Under the pieces are notes generated by a model. The model searched no databases, was not told the DNA's origin, and saw only the letters and a program-made list of their open reading frames with translations. DNA of 47,533 nt, filler included, from a bacterium UBP13_UBA5359 (lineage in GTDB: Bacteria > UBP13 > UBA5359): the NCBI GenBank assembly GCA_002410925.1. It is 3 parts of 3 records of this genome, joined end to end, with 100 filler letters (N's around TTAATTAATTAA, not from the genome) between each part and the next. Parts side by side here need not be neighbours in the genome. Positions count along the whole stretch, not along the records: positions 35,859 to 47,533 come from DHPR01000011.1; 2 more parts are not named here. One strand, 5' to 3'. Made by a program: the position numbers and the translations under genes. This document shows positions 47,404 through 47,533 of this stretch, piece by piece. Position 1 is the stretch's first letter, and the number at the start of each line of letters is the position of its first letter.

Positions 47404-47532
47404 CTACTCTGCCAAGCCGTATTTCTTCTTGAACTTCTCAACTCGGCCGGCTGTAGAGGCTACCCTGCCCCGGTTTCCTGTATAGAAAGGATGGCAGCAA
47501 GAGCATATTTCAACTTTAAGATCTTCCTTGGT
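47404..47532 (-). CDS. rpmE: 50S ribosomal protein L31, C-terminal part (5' end outside the window)
   Basis: Manual translation [42 protein letters not shown]; not in the ORF track. Confidence 0.92.
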   Translation of the reverse strand, partial: TKEDLKVEICSCCHPFYTGNRGRVASTAGRVEKFKKKYGLAE

Positions 47533-47533
47533 A

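Overview
Bacterial draft/metagenome-assembled sequence made of three separate contigs joined by artificial 100-nt spacers (N44-TTAATTAATTAA-N44 at 14983-15082 and 35759-35858), so adjacency across these points is meaningless. Contig 1 (1-14982, + strand) is a carbohydrate-utilisation-like locus. It holds a TIM-barrel sugar isomerase, two paralogous secreted glycoside-hydrolase-like proteins, an FG-GAP/VCBS propeller, a DegT aminotransferase, a ceramidase-like amidohydrolase, an ABC sugar-binding lipoprotein and a second isomerase cut by an IS3 element. The second GH-like gene (5355-10028) is split by an in-frame TAG where its paralog has Trp, and carries a permuted LamG array inserted inside a domain. 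Contig 2 (15083-35758) has tRNA-Tyr/tRNA-Thr and a probable tuf start, an MFS transporter, DUF2207, a soluble multi-PAS hybrid kinase, and a long minus-strand glycan-biosynthesis cluster: 5 GT4, a GT39-like enzyme, an O-antigen ligase/Wzy-like protein, a wHTH protein, a priming sugar transferase, DUF11 and Ig-like secreted proteins, and a putative GH. Contig 3 (35859-47533, - strand) is housekeeping: rpmE, DUF1385, prfA, prmC, a degenerate truncated phosphomannomutase-like gene, mtnA, rodA, hppA, dnaG and rpoD. The hppA leader contains a structured RNA resembling the Na+-I (DUF1646) riboswitch. No CRISPR array, rRNA or phage genes were seen. All family assignments come from motif recognition by eye, not database searches.
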